In this document: one piece after another, positions 10,071 through 20,755 of the stretch
How positions within the stretch are numbered: position 1 is the first letter of the stretch
Layout: every line of letters starts with the position of its first letter
Assembly: GCA_040758355.1 (NCBI GenBank)
Contig: JBFLWF010000020.1
Coordinates: forward strand, 1-46,716
Direction: 5' to 3'
From: Nitrospirota bacterium
Lineage (GTDB): Bacteria; Nitrospirota; Thermodesulfovibrionia; Thermodesulfovibrionales; Dissulfurispiraceae
DNA: 46,716 bases
Position numbers and translations under genes: made by a program
The notes under the pieces: model-generated
Database searches by the model: none
Told to the model about the DNA's origin: nothing
What the model saw: only the letters and a program-made list of their open reading frames with translations

Positions 10071-11018
10071 TTAATGCTTAAAGGTATTGATAATTCCGGA
10101 GAAAAGTTTCATGGTTTCGGCTATGCCATCAGCCAATGTACCTTCCGGTTTAAAACCCTTTCCCCTGAATCGTGAATCTAAGACATGATAAGATAACTGG
10201 TTCATTATAGGAGAGTCTACATATTCAACCGCAATATCTTGGACATGAGTAGAAATAATTTCAACTATTTCACCCACCGTGGAATTTGTAGTCAGGACAT
10301 TATAAACCCTGCAGTCAAATAGGTTATTTTTTATAATAAAAATGAGCGCCTTTACAGCATCTTCTAAGTAAAGATAAGGACGTTTTTGCTGCATAGCCGT
10401 TCGCCACACTGTAAGCGGTTGTCCTATTGCTGCCTGCCAGCAAAACTTATTGACCGCTGTATGAAATCTCATACCGGGAGAAATTCCAAAAATTGTGCCA
10501 AATCGACATATAATGTACTTTAATCCCTCTGTTTTGCCAAGCGATTCCAATAGGCTCTCTTCTTTCAACTTCGTCTCTGCATAAGGACTTTGAGGTTTCA
10601 AATCAGAGAGGGAGCATTCTTCATCTACGGTTTCACTCTGTGTGCCATAGACGCTTGTAGATGAAATATAGATCATTGAACACCCCTCTTTAATACAAGC
10701 CTCTGCAACCTTACGGGTAGCCGTGTAATTGACGTATTCAACTTTATCTCTTATTTCAAAACTACCTGCCGCATTTGTAATCGCTGCCAGATGGATGACA
10801 ACATCGGCGCCCTTGCAGAGAGCGTTCAGATCTATCTTCAGCACATCAGCCTCTATAAATCGGTATTTTCCTTCTGTTGGTAGGCTGAAGAGCGATGGAT
10901 AACGTTGTGTAGATAGATCATCAATCATTACGATTTCGGAGCCTTTCAAAAAAGCTGGCAATTCTCGAATCACTCGGGAACCGATATGTCCGAGCGCGCC
11001 AGTAACCACTATCTTCAT
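10071..11018 (-). CDS. Extended SDR, NAD-dependent sugar epimerase/dehydratase/reductase
   Basis: TGALGHIGS, HLAA, SSTSVYG, YAETK (YxxxK). Confidence 0.88.
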   Translation of the reverse strand: MKIVVTGALGHIGSRVIRELPAFLKGSEIVMIDDLSTQRYPSLFSLPTEGKYRFIEADVLKIDLNALCKGADVVIHLAAITNAAGSFEIRDKVEYVNYTATRKVAEACIKEGCSMIYISSTSVYGTQSETVDEECSLSDLKPQSPYAETKLKEESLLESLGKTEGLKYIICRFGTIFGISPGMRFHTAVNKFCWQAAIGQPLTVWRTAMQQKRPYLYLEDAVKALIFIIKNNLFDCRVYNVLTTNSTVGEIVEIISTHVQDIAVEYVDSPIMNQLSYHVLDSRFRGKGFKPEGTLADGIAETMKLFSGIINTFKH

Positions 11019-11030
11019 CTAAGCCCTCCT

Positions 11031-12035
11031 CTATTTCTTTAGATATTTGTTCATATTATTTTTGTAATACTGCTTTGTCAATTTCAGCCCTTCATCAAGA
11101 CTTACTTTCGGCTGCCAAGATACCGTCTTTTTGAATTTAGCATTGCTTATTATTGCATCTCCAATGTCTATTGCCTTTCTTTCAGCAGGCCATTCGATAA
11201 ATTTGACCGAGCCGCCTATATGCTTTGCAGTAAGCTTTGCAATATCTGCAACACTATAGTGTTGGTCCGATACGGCAAAATATGTTTCACCTATTGTATT
11301 GTCAGTCATGGCAGCTTTTATAAGCGCTTCCACTGCATCATCAACATATAGGATGTTCCTTTTCTGCTCCCCTGTACCATAAATTGTTATATCTTTGCCT
11401 TGAAGCGCAAGGCCGATAAAAAAATTATTGAATGTGAAATCGCTACTGTGAATTGCCGATCGAGGCCCGAAAACATTCGGCAGCCTAATCACCGTTACCG
11501 GCAATCTATGAGCTGCACCATAGATGAGCACATATTTCTCTGAAACACTTTTATTAGCAGAATATATATCCGTTGGATACTCAGGGTGATTTTCATCTGC
11601 TGGATAGTAATTGAGTTTACCTATCTGAGTAGTTGTGCCTATATGAACAAAACGCACAGTTGGATTAAAACGCCTCGATGCTTCTAATAAGTTAATTACA
11701 CCTCTGCTGTTTGCATCAAGGTTCAACCATGGCTCTTTCATTGAATAAGGGTGTGAGGTTGATGCTGCACAGTTGAAAAGAAAATCCTTGTCAATAATAC
11801 ATTCAGTCAACCTGTCAAAATTCAAAATATCATGATAGCAAATCTTTACATCATTCTTGATATCTATAATGTTATATAAGTTTCCCCCAGAGTTTGGATC
11901 AAGATTATCATAAATAGTTACCTTCGCTCCAAGCTTCAGACATCTATGTGCAAGGTTGCTTCCTATAAATCCCAAACCTCCGGTTACAAGAACTTTTTTG
12001 TTTTTAAGCGATAATTTATCCGAATTCTTTTTCAT
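11031..12035 (-). CDS. Extended SDR, NAD-dependent sugar epimerase/dehydratase
   Basis: TGGLGFIGSNL, YSANK (YxxxK), RLPNVFGPR, G.G.QKRN.LYVDD. Confidence 0.9.
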   Translation of the reverse strand: MKKNSDKLSLKNKKVLVTGGLGFIGSNLAHRCLKLGAKVTIYDNLDPNSGGNLYNIIDIKNDVKICYHDILNFDRLTECIIDKDFLFNCAASTSHPYSMKEPWLNLDANSRGVINLLEASRRFNPTVRFVHIGTTTQIGKLNYYPADENHPEYPTDIYSANKSVSEKYVLIYGAAHRLPVTVIRLPNVFGPRSAIHSSDFTFNNFFIGLALQGKDITIYGTGEQKRNILYVDDAVEALIKAAMTDNTIGETYFAVSDQHYSVADIAKLTAKHIGGSVKFIEWPAERKAIDIGDAIISNAKFKKTVSWQPKVSLDEGLKLTKQYYKNNMNKYLKK

Positions 12036-12044
12036 ATCGGCTAC

Positions 12045-13160
12045 CTATCTGCCCAGTATCTTACGCACTGCGCTGCACTGCTGATCTATCTGATCGTCAG
12101 TCAGGTTCATAGCACACGAAAGGTTAATCCCACGTGACGATATATCGTATGCGACTGGGTTTTTATCCTTGTATTTCGCTTCATATCCTGGATAGGCAGG
12201 GAGAGATGAGAGCGGATAGAAGAACGGGCGAGACGGGAGTCCCATTTCCTCTATCCGCCGCATAGCCTCTTTTTTTGTCATGTTATGCGATTTGCCGAAC
12301 ACCACTGCAGTTGTCCACACACCGTTTACGCCGCCCTCAGGCTCAGTATTGAAATAAATATCTTCTATATCCGATAGGCGATCCTTATATTTGTAGAAGA
12401 GCTCACGTTTCTTGAACACAAGCTCTTCAACCCTTTGGAACTGAGCATAGCCAAGGGCAGCCTGAATATTGAATGGCATATATTTATAGGTAACTTCGGA
12501 ATTGTAATAAGGAATGCCGGCTACCCTGCCATGGTCTCGAATGAACATACACCGCTCATAGAGGTTATCATCATCTAAGAGAAGCATTCCTCCCTCACCG
12601 GTTGTTATCGTTTTTGTGCGATGAAAACTAAATACTGAGCCGATACCGAACTTGCCGGCCCTGATTCCTTTATACGCAGATCCCAGTGCCTCAGCGGCAT
12701 CCTCGACAAGTGGTATGCCATATCTTTCAGAAATCGCAACAAGAGCATCCATATTCGGCATATTACCGTAAAGATCAACTGCTATGATAGCCTTGGTTTT
12801 TGGAGTAATGCTCTTTTCGACCGATGCGGGGTCAAGGCACCACTGTATGGGGTCGATGTCGCAAAATACAGGCGTTGCACGAAGATAGGTGATGGGCGCG
12901 GCTGTTGCGATCCAAGTACATTCAGGACATACCACCTCGTCACCTTCCTTTATTCCTATCGCGGTAAGTAATAGATGTATCGAGGTGGTACAATTCGGAG
13001 TCATAATGCCATATTTACGACCGTGATACGCAGCAAACTCCTTCTGGAATGTTTCAACATAATAATATGCATTTTCATACCAACCGTTGCGCATGGCATC
13101 TTCTACCACTTTTATCTCGTGCTCAGTAATCCATGGACCAGCCATAAAAAGTTGACTCAT
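12045..13160 (-). CDS. DegT/DnrJ/EryC1/StrS aminotransferase, perosamine-synthase-like (sugar 4-aminotransferase)
   Basis: EDAAEALG, FSFHRTKTITTGEGG (PLP lysine), SRPFFYPLS, GINL. Confidence 0.88.
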   Translation of the reverse strand: MSQLFMAGPWITEHEIKVVEDAMRNGWYENAYYYVETFQKEFAAYHGRKYGIMTPNCTTSIHLLLTAIGIKEGDEVVCPECTWIATAAPITYLRATPVFCDIDPIQWCLDPASVEKSITPKTKAIIAVDLYGNMPNMDALVAISERYGIPLVEDAAEALGSAYKGIRAGKFGIGSVFSFHRTKTITTGEGGMLLLDDDNLYERCMFIRDHGRVAGIPYYNSEVTYKYMPFNIQAALGYAQFQRVEELVFKKRELFYKYKDRLSDIEDIYFNTEPEGGVNGVWTTAVVFGKSHNMTKKEAMRRIEEMGLPSRPFFYPLSSLPAYPGYEAKYKDKNPVAYDISSRGINLSCAMNLTDDQIDQQCSAVRKILGR

Positions 13161-13846
13161 GTATTCCTCCTCGATCTTTTAATTTCCTTAGCTGGGATGC
13201 CGACGTATGTTTTAGTCGCCGGTATATCGTTAACAACAACCGCTCCTGCGCCAACAATAGCATCGCAACCTATAGTTACACGTGGCAATACAGTCGCTCC
13301 GGCACATACCCATGAATTAGTCTCACATTTAACTGAACCACACAGCGTAGCCCCAGGTGCTATTTCAACGCCATCTTCCAAAATACACTCATGATCTATG
13401 CTGGCTTTCGTATTAATAATACACTGCCTTCCGATTATTGCTTCAGGCATAATAATTGCGCCAGCCATTATTTGCGTTCCTTCACCAATAACTGCATTCT
13501 CTGAAATATATGCTGTAGGATGTGCAATAGTAACAGGTTTTAAACCTTCATTCATTAGCATATTATGGAACCTTATTCTTACTCTGCCGTGAGGATTCCC
13601 TATTGTAATGCAAAATCCGATTTTATGCTTGTTTTGTTTAGAAAGCCATTCCTCGAGATACTTTCCCTCAAACAATGGCACATCCCTAAACGGTGGAGTT
13701 AAATTTTTTGTGTCATCAAAAACAGCCACTACTTTAGAGCCGTAATACTCAACAATAGGACGAATAACTTTTGCCTGGCCTGTACCGCCATACAAAATGA
13801 TCTCTGGCGGCATATTATTTATATGAGAGTGAGCACCCTTTATCAT
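13157..13846 (-). CDS. Sugar N/O-acetyltransferase, NeuD/PglD/PerB family
   Basis: IILYGGTGQA Rossmann-like N-terminus, HPTA, INT.ASIDHEC, hexapeptide repeats, VGAGAVV, VGIPAK. Confidence 0.9.
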   Translation of the reverse strand: MIKGAHSHINNMPPEIILYGGTGQAKVIRPIVEYYGSKVVAVFDDTKNLTPPFRDVPLFEGKYLEEWLSKQNKHKIGFCITIGNPHGRVRIRFHNMLMNEGLKPVTIAHPTAYISENAVIGEGTQIMAGAIIMPEAIIGRQCIINTKASIDHECILEDGVEIAPGATLCGSVKCETNSWVCAGATVLPRVTIGCDAIVGAGAVVVNDIPATKTYVGIPAKEIKRSRRNT

Positions 13847-13870
13847 AAGTCAGCAGCTTTCCTCTCAATC

Positions 13871-14308
13871 TTACCATTTGTGCCCGATGCTCGGATCGTC
13901 CTTTGGAATTCGCACTTCGTCTGACAGATCATAGACACCCGACGTAACGTATATAATGTGCAGAGGCCCCTTTATACACTTGTATCCATGAAGCACCCCA
14001 GACGGGAAGAAATACGCCCTCGGTTTCTCTTCATCGCCTATAGTGAATTCCATGGTCTCCCCAAAGGTTGGGGATTCTTTACGATTATCATGCAAAGCTA
14101 CCTTTATCCTGCCTGAAACCACATAATTCCACTGGGACTGTTCTTTGTGTGCGTGCCATGCCTTAACGACACCCTCCCTGACCAAGGAGTGACTCAATTG
14201 GCCGACACCAATAGCCTCAAATTCCTCGGGAAAGCGGAATATCTCACGGAAAAAACCACGTTCATCTGAATGGGTTGTTAAATCTTTGATGAAAACGCCT
14301 TCGATCAT
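13871..14308 (-). CDS. RmlC-like cupin (dTDP-4-keto-sugar 3,5-epimerase/isomerase family)
   Basis: MIEGV.IK.L..HSDERGFFRE, GVVKAWHAH..Q, D.R..SPTFG, HGYK. Confidence 0.85.
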   Translation of the reverse strand: MIEGVFIKDLTTHSDERGFFREIFRFPEEFEAIGVGQLSHSLVREGVVKAWHAHKEQSQWNYVVSGRIKVALHDNRKESPTFGETMEFTIGDEEKPRAYFFPSGVLHGYKCIKGPLHIIYVTSGVYDLSDEVRIPKDDPSIGHKW

Positions 14309-14329
14309 TGATTACTCTTTGCTCTTATT

Positions 14330-15436
14330 TCAATTTAATTTGGAAAATTCTCTTATACATTCAACAACCACCCTCACGTCCTCTTCACTTAACTCTGGGT
14401 ACATTGGCAGAGAAAGCACTTCCCGCGCTGAGCGTTCAGTTTCCACTAATGGAATATCAGCATACAATCTATGTTCATATGCAGGTTGCAGGTGCACCGG
14501 CACCGGATAATGTACCAGGGCACCAACTCCTCTGCTTTTGAGGAAACTCTGCAGCTTATCACGCTGTTCAGAACGTATTACGTAAAGATGAAACACATGG
14601 GTTGAATCTTGTCGTTCGCAAGGAAGAGTTATGTTCTCCACGGATGATAGCTCTCTCGAATAAATGCTCGCAAGCCGTGAGCGCTTGGCATTATCCGAAT
14701 CAAGATATCTGAGTTTAATCCTGAGAACCGCCGCCTGAATCTCATCTAAACGGCTGTTCCACCCTGTGACATGACTGACATACCGTTGCGCCCAGCCATA
14801 TTCGCGGAGAAGTCGAGCTTTTTCCGACAGTTTAGAGGAATTTGTCACTACCATTCCACCATCACCCATGGCCCCTAAATTTTTTGTTGGATAAAAGCTG
14901 AAGCACGCCATGTCTCCAAAAGACCCTACTCGCTTGCCCTTATACATCGCTCCGTGGGCCTGTGCACAGTCCTCGATCACTTTCAAATTGTGTTTCCTGG
15001 CAACCTCGATAATTGCATCGATATCCGCAGGCTGCCCATAAAGATGGACCGGTATAATAGCCTTTGTCTTTTTGTTTATTGCTGATTCCAGCTTCATAAC
15101 ATCGATCGTATAATATTCAGGCTCGATATCAACAAAAGCCGGAGTTCCTCCTGCTAATTCAATTGCTGCAACAGTAGCGACAGCAGTATGTGAAACGGTA
15201 ATTACTTCATCACCGTGCTCAATACCACATGCCTTCAACGCCAGGTGTATTGCTTCAGTCCCGCTTCCAACACCAATTCCGTAATTGACTCCGATGTAAT
15301 CCGCAAATTCCTTCTCAAATGTCTCTACTTCCTCACCAAGGACGTACCATCCCTTATCAAGAACTTTTGAGATCGCGGCGTCTATCTCTTCTTTATGCGA
15401 AGTATATTGCAGAAGTGGATTTGCGCATAACAGCAT
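14330..15436 (-). CDS. DegT/DnrJ/EryC1/StrS aminotransferase (FdtB/EryC1-like)
   Basis: [49 protein letters not shown]. Probable start at 15436 (TAATG overlap with the upstream stop) rather than 15532. Confidence 0.9.
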   Translation of the reverse strand: MLLCANPLLQYTSHKEEIDAAISKVLDKGWYVLGEEVETFEKEFADYIGVNYGIGVGSGTEAIHLALKACGIEHGDEVITVSHTAVATVAAIELAGGTPAFVDIEPEYYTIDVMKLESAINKKTKAIIPVHLYGQPADIDAIIEVARKHNLKVIEDCAQAHGAMYKGKRVGSFGDMACFSFYPTKNLGAMGDGGMVVTNSSKLSEKARLLREYGWAQRYVSHVTGWNSRLDEIQAAVLRIKLRYLDSDNAKRSRLASIYSRELSSVENITLPCERQDSTHVFHLYVIRSEQRDKLQSFLKSRGVGALVHYPVPVHLQPAYEHRLYADIPLVETERSAREVLSLPMYPELSEEDVRVVVECIREFSKLN

Positions 15437-16653
15437 TACATTACCTGCACTTTCGGGACAAAAACAATCCACTTGCCGCCTGTTTCCGTAAACTTTTTTT
15501 CTTTTGCCATGATCTCCTCGGCGTGATTCCATGCAAGAAGAACAGCATAGTCAGGATAGCTACGAGTGAATTCGTCATATGCGCGGACAGGAATGTGCAT
15601 CCCCGGACTGAACTTTCCTTGTTTAATCGGTGTGGTATCACTGATGTAGTCAATAAGATCAGAACCAATATTGCAATAATTCAGCACCGTCGTACTTTTT
15701 GATGTTGCTGCATACCCGACTATTCGTTTCCCCTGTTGCTTAATATCCTTTAAGAGAAGCTTTAATTTATCGCGCGATTGTTCGCAGTTTCTACGGAATG
15801 TGTCGTATGTTGATGGGTTATCCAACCCCAACACCTTCTCCTTCTCAAGCTGCAGCTTAACATTTTCTGACACAGGACGTGCCCCTTTATGGGCAATGAC
15901 ATATCTCATTGAGCCTCCGTGAGTACTCTGAGGCTCAATGTCGATGAGTTCCATTCCTTGTTGACCAAATGCATATTGAATTGATGACAGCGAGAACAGG
16001 AAGACGTGTTCGTCGTAGATCTGATCATAGGACGTCTTTTCTATAACATCTCCAAGATATGGATCCTCAAACATCACTACTCCATCAGGCTTAAGCAAAA
16101 TGCTAATACCTTCAATCACAGAATTGAAATTGGAGATATGACACATTACGTTTGCTCCTAAAAAGGCATCGGCCTGACCGCACTCACTTACAATATCGCG
16201 AGCAAGATTTGCATCGAAAAACTTGCATACTGTTTTAACGCCTTTCTCATTAGCTGCTTTCGCAACATTCGCAGACGGTTCAATACCGAGATGGCGGATT
16301 CCAGATTTGGCAAAATGCTGAAGCATGATACCGTCATTGCAGCCGATTTCCACAACAAATGGATCCATGGCGTTTATATAGTCATGTATAACATGTTCGG
16401 CAAATTCCTTAAAGTGGACTGCCATACGCGAAGATGTGCCGGAGAAGAAAGCATAGTTCTCATGAAACATTTTTTCCGGGTCCGGTTGCGTAGTCAGCTG
16501 TACCATCTTGCATTTCTGACAAAAAGCCACCTCCATATCAAAAAAATATTCATGTGGAAACTGATCCGGTATAAGGAATCCGTTGGCAATCGGCATCTTA
16601 CCGAATGACATGAATGGTTCTATTTCAGCATTACATATGAGGCATTTTTTCAT
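15436..16653 (-). CDS. NDP-sugar 3-C-methyltransferase (TcaB9/KijD1/EvaC-like; Zn-binding N-terminus)
   Basis: CxxC...Cxx[57 protein letters not shown]. Confidence 0.9.
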   Translation of the reverse strand: MKKCLICNAEIEPFMSFGKMPIANGFLIPDQFPHEYFFDMEVAFCQKCKMVQLTTQPDPEKMFHENYAFFSGTSSRMAVHFKEFAEHVIHDYINAMDPFVVEIGCNDGIMLQHFAKSGIRHLGIEPSANVAKAANEKGVKTVCKFFDANLARDIVSECGQADAFLGANVMCHISNFNSVIEGISILLKPDGVVMFEDPYLGDVIEKTSYDQIYDEHVFLFSLSSIQYAFGQQGMELIDIEPQSTHGGSMRYVIAHKGARPVSENVKLQLEKEKVLGLDNPSTYDTFRRNCEQSRDKLKLLLKDIKQQGKRIVGYAATSKSTTVLNYCNIGSDLIDYISDTTPIKQGKFSPGMHIPVRAYDEFTRSYPDYAVLLAWNHAEEIMAKEKKFTETGGKWIVFVPKVQVM

Positions 16654-16700
16654 ATTGATTTACCCCCAGTCAATATATTAAATTCTCAGCTTTTATCCAA

Positions 16701-17855
16701 TCAAGAGTTACTTTCCGGCATGGTATCCTCCGACTCCCTTAGCCTTATTGAGCCTTCGACAACATCCTTTATACAATTAGCAAATATCATTCCCTGTACC
16801 TCCAAAGAGAATCTTGTCTCAATCAATCTTCTTCCGTTGTCCCCTAACTTTTTCCGGAGGGTTGGCTGCTCAATGAGCAATGAAAGTTTTTCAACCCAAT
16901 CTTCAGGCTTTTTGACGATCAAGCAATTCACTTCATCTTCAAGACAAGTATCAGCGGTCTGTGAGCATACGACAGGTATTCCATGTGCCCAGTATTGGAG
17001 AAGTTTAAAGCTAATCTTTGCTTTATCATAATCGCTCTCCGTAAGAGGTATTAAGCCGATATCAAAAGTAGCAGATGCCTCGTAATCAAGCCTCCATCTC
17101 ACATTTTCCACAGGGACCCCCTTTTTATCAAAGCGGAAGTCACGTCCACTTACAACCCTGAAAATGAGATTCGGATATTTTTGGAACAACCGACGAAGAG
17201 GCTCATATAACTGCTTGAGATATCTGAAGCCAACCATTGAATTCCCTACCCATCCGATAACTATCTTCCTATTCTTCCGGGATGCTGTACTATCTCTGAG
17301 CGGATAACGTTCTAAATCTACTCCGGGCTCCAGCAAGAATACCTTCGGGTTATATTGCAAAGAGTAATCAACCAGTGCCTCAGCATACGTGAACACTGCA
17401 TCCGCTTTCTCTATAACAGACTTCATATAGGTTGGACAATCCAGGTAAATAGGATCATCAAATGCATAGATAACTTTCTTTCTCCATATCTTCGCCCATC
17501 TGTAGGTAAGCATTTCAAGCCAGGGTTTCCAGCAGTGCTGAAGCATTCCCCTTTGAATAAAAATCACATCATACAGGGGAATGCTTGAGATAAAAACAAG
17601 ACGCCTGAGAGGAGCCCAGAGATACCAATAAAATCTGTAAAGGAGGGCAACTGCTATTCTATCCAGAAAATTAACAGGGGTTCTGTTGCACAATTGGTAA
17701 AGGATCTTTGAGGAAGGCGAGCAGATGGTTGTCTTAATCCCTACTGCTTTCAGGTATGGAGCGAATTGATAACACATAACCCTGCTCGAAGCGTTTAGCT
17801 CGGTAAGCATTGCAAACATAAGGAGCCTCATGCTTTTCTCATTACTCCTTATCAT
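16701..17855 (-). CDS. GT4 family glycosyltransferase
   Basis: ASSR.M, YAFDD.IY, IGWVG, DIGLIPL, K.SFKLLQY.A.GIPVVCS. Confidence 0.85.
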   Translation of the reverse strand: MIRSNEKSMRLLMFAMLTELNASSRVMCYQFAPYLKAVGIKTTICSPSSKILYQLCNRTPVNFLDRIAVALLYRFYWYLWAPLRRLVFISSIPLYDVIFIQRGMLQHCWKPWLEMLTYRWAKIWRKKVIYAFDDPIYLDCPTYMKSVIEKADAVFTYAEALVDYSLQYNPKVFLLEPGVDLERYPLRDSTASRKNRKIVIGWVGNSMVGFRYLKQLYEPLRRLFQKYPNLIFRVVSGRDFRFDKKGVPVENVRWRLDYEASATFDIGLIPLTESDYDKAKISFKLLQYWAHGIPVVCSQTADTCLEDEVNCLIVKKPEDWVEKLSLLIEQPTLRKKLGDNGRRLIETRFSLEVQGMIFANCIKDVVEGSIRLRESEDTMPESNS

Positions 17856-18634
17856 CTGGCTGTATTCTTATCCTTGGCGATGATATAGACAATATCATGT
17901 GCAAACATGTTCGGCCATAGGCGATGCAGGTTCAAAAAAGTTATTCCGGTAGCAGGCTTCACTGCCGAGACATTCAATCCCAGCTCGCTTATCCACCACC
18001 GGAAATCCAGTATCGACCAGTAGCGGAGATGTTCGACTGGATGCCAGCCCCATTGGAGCGGGAAGCGTCCAAACAAAAGGCGCAGCCGATACTTGAAATA
18101 TGCGCTGTTGGGTGCACTGATAATCATCGCCTTGCTAAACGAATTGCGGAGTTTCAAAATCACCTTCTCAGGATGGCTTATATGCTCCAGAAGCTCACAC
18201 GATAAAACATAGTCATACGTGGAGTCAACTTGAAAATCCTCGGACATCACATCGGCATTATGAGCATTCAGCCCTCTCTCTTTTGCCATCTGTATCGAGG
18301 TCTCCGAGACATCGAAGCCTATACATCTGATACCTCGCTCCTGCTCTTCCAGAAATTCCATAAGCCATCCATCACCGCACCCCACTTCAAGGACACTGGA
18401 GCCATCGTCAATAACGTTAGCTATTATAAGATGTCTCGGCTGTACAGAACTTTTTCCTCTTATGCCCCAGTACTTGTTGTAATCAAAATCACCTATTTTC
18501 AGGTTTGGTGTTGAGAAAACATCCTTGGAAATCGTAATAATTTCATGCAGAGAGTAATAGAGACTCAATAATTGCTTTCTCACTGCCCCGGGTAAGCGAT
18601 GCCATATTCTCCGAAGAAGGTCCCTGCTGCTCAT
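17852..18634 (-). CDS. SAM-dependent methyltransferase, MetW-like
   Basis: SSVLEVGCGDG.L, YDYVLS.ELLEH, PN.AY..YRL.LLFGRFP. Confidence 0.85.
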   Translation of the reverse strand: MSSRDLLRRIWHRLPGAVRKQLLSLYYSLHEIITISKDVFSTPNLKIGDFDYNKYWGIRGKSSVQPRHLIIANVIDDGSSVLEVGCGDGWLMEFLEEQERGIRCIGFDVSETSIQMAKERGLNAHNADVMSEDFQVDSTYDYVLSCELLEHISHPEKVILKLRNSFSKAMIISAPNSAYFKYRLRLLFGRFPLQWGWHPVEHLRYWSILDFRWWISELGLNVSAVKPATGITFLNLHRLWPNMFAHDIVYIIAKDKNTAR

Positions 18635-19329
18635 TCTCTCCTATCCTTCCCCTTGCGGCAAAGAGCAATCCAGTGGTCAGGAGATGCCTGTATTGAGCAT
18701 TCAATCAACTGCTCAATATGCAGATTCGAGTCCTTAATTGCATCAATAAGACTGGATTTAGAGTAGGTAACCCGGAATTGGCTTGAATACCCTATAACCT
18801 TCCATCGCTGTCCTGCTGTAGTTATCCATCTTCGCTTAAAATCGCTTATATCTCCAAGCATTATTATGAGCAGGCCTTCTCTTTTTATCATGCTGGCCCA
18901 TTCCTTTAAAGCATCGCACGGTTTCAATGTTTGCTGAAGTATATTGCTGGCGATAGCTATATCAAACGATTGAGTTCGAAAAGGCAGAGAATGCATATCG
19001 CAGCGGGCCACACACCTTCCGCTGCGTATTGCCCGAAACACTCGTGTAGGGCTGTAATCAACACCAACCGCTTGAACAGCATAGTTATTTTTAAGCTGAT
19101 CAAGCAGATACCCATCACCACAGCCAATATCAAGCACCCTCATTCCAGGCTTAAGATACCCTCCAACGTAATCAAGAATGAACTCTGGAGTGCCGCGAGT
19201 AATCATGGCATCTCGCTCGAATCGCACCAAATACGCCTCTTTTGTTTTTCCTATGGCGCTGAGGAAATATTCCCTTATTAGTAATCCTAAATAGCGCCAT
19301 TTATTCCATGTTAAATGGTAATTTTTCAT
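18631..19329 (-). CDS. Class I SAM-dependent methyltransferase
   Basis: RVLDIGCGDG, GVDYS, D.HSLPFRTQSFD. Confidence 0.85.
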   Translation of the reverse strand: MKNYHLTWNKWRYLGLLIREYFLSAIGKTKEAYLVRFERDAMITRGTPEFILDYVGGYLKPGMRVLDIGCGDGYLLDQLKNNYAVQAVGVDYSPTRVFRAIRSGRCVARCDMHSLPFRTQSFDIAIASNILQQTLKPCDALKEWASMIKREGLLIIMLGDISDFKRRWITTAGQRWKVIGYSSQFRVTYSKSSLIDAIKDSNLHIEQLIECSIQASPDHWIALCRKGKDRRE

Positions 19330-19360
19330 AAAAGCCTTTCATCATATAGATATAACAGCG

Positions 19361-20677
19361 TTATCCCCTTTGGCTAAAAAGCGGTTTTACCACATTGAAG
19401 AAGAGACGCGCATCGGAAAGTTTCGGCAAGAATTCCAGAAAACTTCGTCCGCTCTTCTGGATAAACCAATATGTTAAAAATAATGTCTGAGCTATATTTC
19501 CGACCGCTGCAGATAAAGCAGCCCCGTACATCCCGAACTTTGGAATCAAGAGCCATGTCAAAGCTATGTTTGCTATTAGGCTCAATGCAGCAGCACCGGT
19601 ATCAACTGCAAACTGCTTGTTAAGGGCTAACTGGCTGACAACGATCTGACCCATTCCGCGTGCGACCACACCGAACAAAAGCATGAGCATGGGGCTATAC
19701 GATAGTTCGAATTGATAGCCGTACATAATACGGATAACAGGAAGTCCAAAAACTGCCAAAAGGATACCAAGTGCGCATAGGATGATCACCGTAATCCTGG
19801 CAAATACGATTGTCATCTCGATCACCCTCTCAGGCATTTCAGATGCAGACGGCATCCATCCCTGCAACACAGTACGTGTTGAGTTCGAAACGAGAAGCAT
19901 CATATTAGAGAGACCGACAGCAGTAGAAAACCAACCTACTTGTTGGCTATCCAGCAGATAATTAAGAATGAATATCCCTGCGTACTGCCCCAAGAGATGG
20001 AGGATCATTCCGCCTTGTACTATAGACCCTTGACGAATTGATTCGCATAACAGAGGGGTATCTACCCTCCAACTGTCCGGTGCCACCTTTTTTTTGACCA
20101 GCATAACTGCTACAAGGGACATAAGAACCATTGATGTTACTATGCCCAACACCGCGGCCCCGGGCTCTCCTGGCTGCACTCGGAGCATGGCATAGGTTGC
20201 AATAAGAGTAGATACAGATGAGAGCAGCACAAGGAGATTATACTTAGCGATCAATCCATCTAAATGCAGCAATCTCTGAAAAGAAAGAAACACAAGATTG
20301 AACGGCACCAGTAAGTATGCCAGCCATAGTAATTCCTTACTGACACCTTTAAGAAAAGAACCCTTCACCAAAGGATATACAGAAACAAGGATCCCCGCAG
20401 CTATAATCGAGCCAATAAGAGCAATTACCAATGCGTTAGCTGCAAGCTTTGAGGGCTGTCTCCTGTCATGACGCATCTGAAAAAGCAATACTTCCAAAAA
20501 GCCGAACTGGCCTACTGCGATCAGCAGCGCCATCGCACTGGTGACAACAGCATAAATCCCTTTGCCTTCAGGGCCAAGGGACCGTGCCACGACAATAGAG
20601 ACGAGTATGGATATCGGTACAGAGAGGGATGAAACGAGAAAGGTATGTATAATATTTTTAGTAAAATTGCCTTTCAA
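19361..20677 (-). CDS. wzx: Oligosaccharide flippase (Wzx/MOP superfamily)
   Basis: VARSLGPEGKGIY, ~12 TMs, LIPKFGMYGAA. Likely TTG start at 20677 behind a GGAG (ORF track start 20731). Confidence 0.85.
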   Translation of the reverse strand: MKGNFTKNIIHTFLVSSLSVPISILVSIVVARSLGPEGKGIYAVVTSAMALLIAVGQFGFLEVLLFQMRHDRRQPSKLAANALVIALIGSIIAAGILVSVYPLVKGSFLKGVSKELLWLAYLLVPFNLVFLSFQRLLHLDGLIAKYNLLVLLSSVSTLIATYAMLRVQPGEPGAAVLGIVTSMVLMSLVAVMLVKKKVAPDSWRVDTPLLCESIRQGSIVQGGMILHLLGQYAGIFILNYLLDSQQVGWFSTAVGLSNMMLLVSNSTRTVLQGWMPSASEMPERVIEMTIVFARITVIILCALGILLAVFGLPVIRIMYGYQFELSYSPMLMLLFGVVARGMGQIVVSQLALNKQFAVDTGAAALSLIANIALTWLLIPKFGMYGAALSAAVGNIAQTLFLTYWFIQKSGRSFLEFLPKLSDARLFFNVVKPLFSQRG

Positions 20678-20755
20678 GAGGCTCTCCGTTGATTGTACAT
20701 GGCGGAATAAAGCAGAAGTCCATTCTTGCAAGAATCATTGCTGCAGATGATTTCA

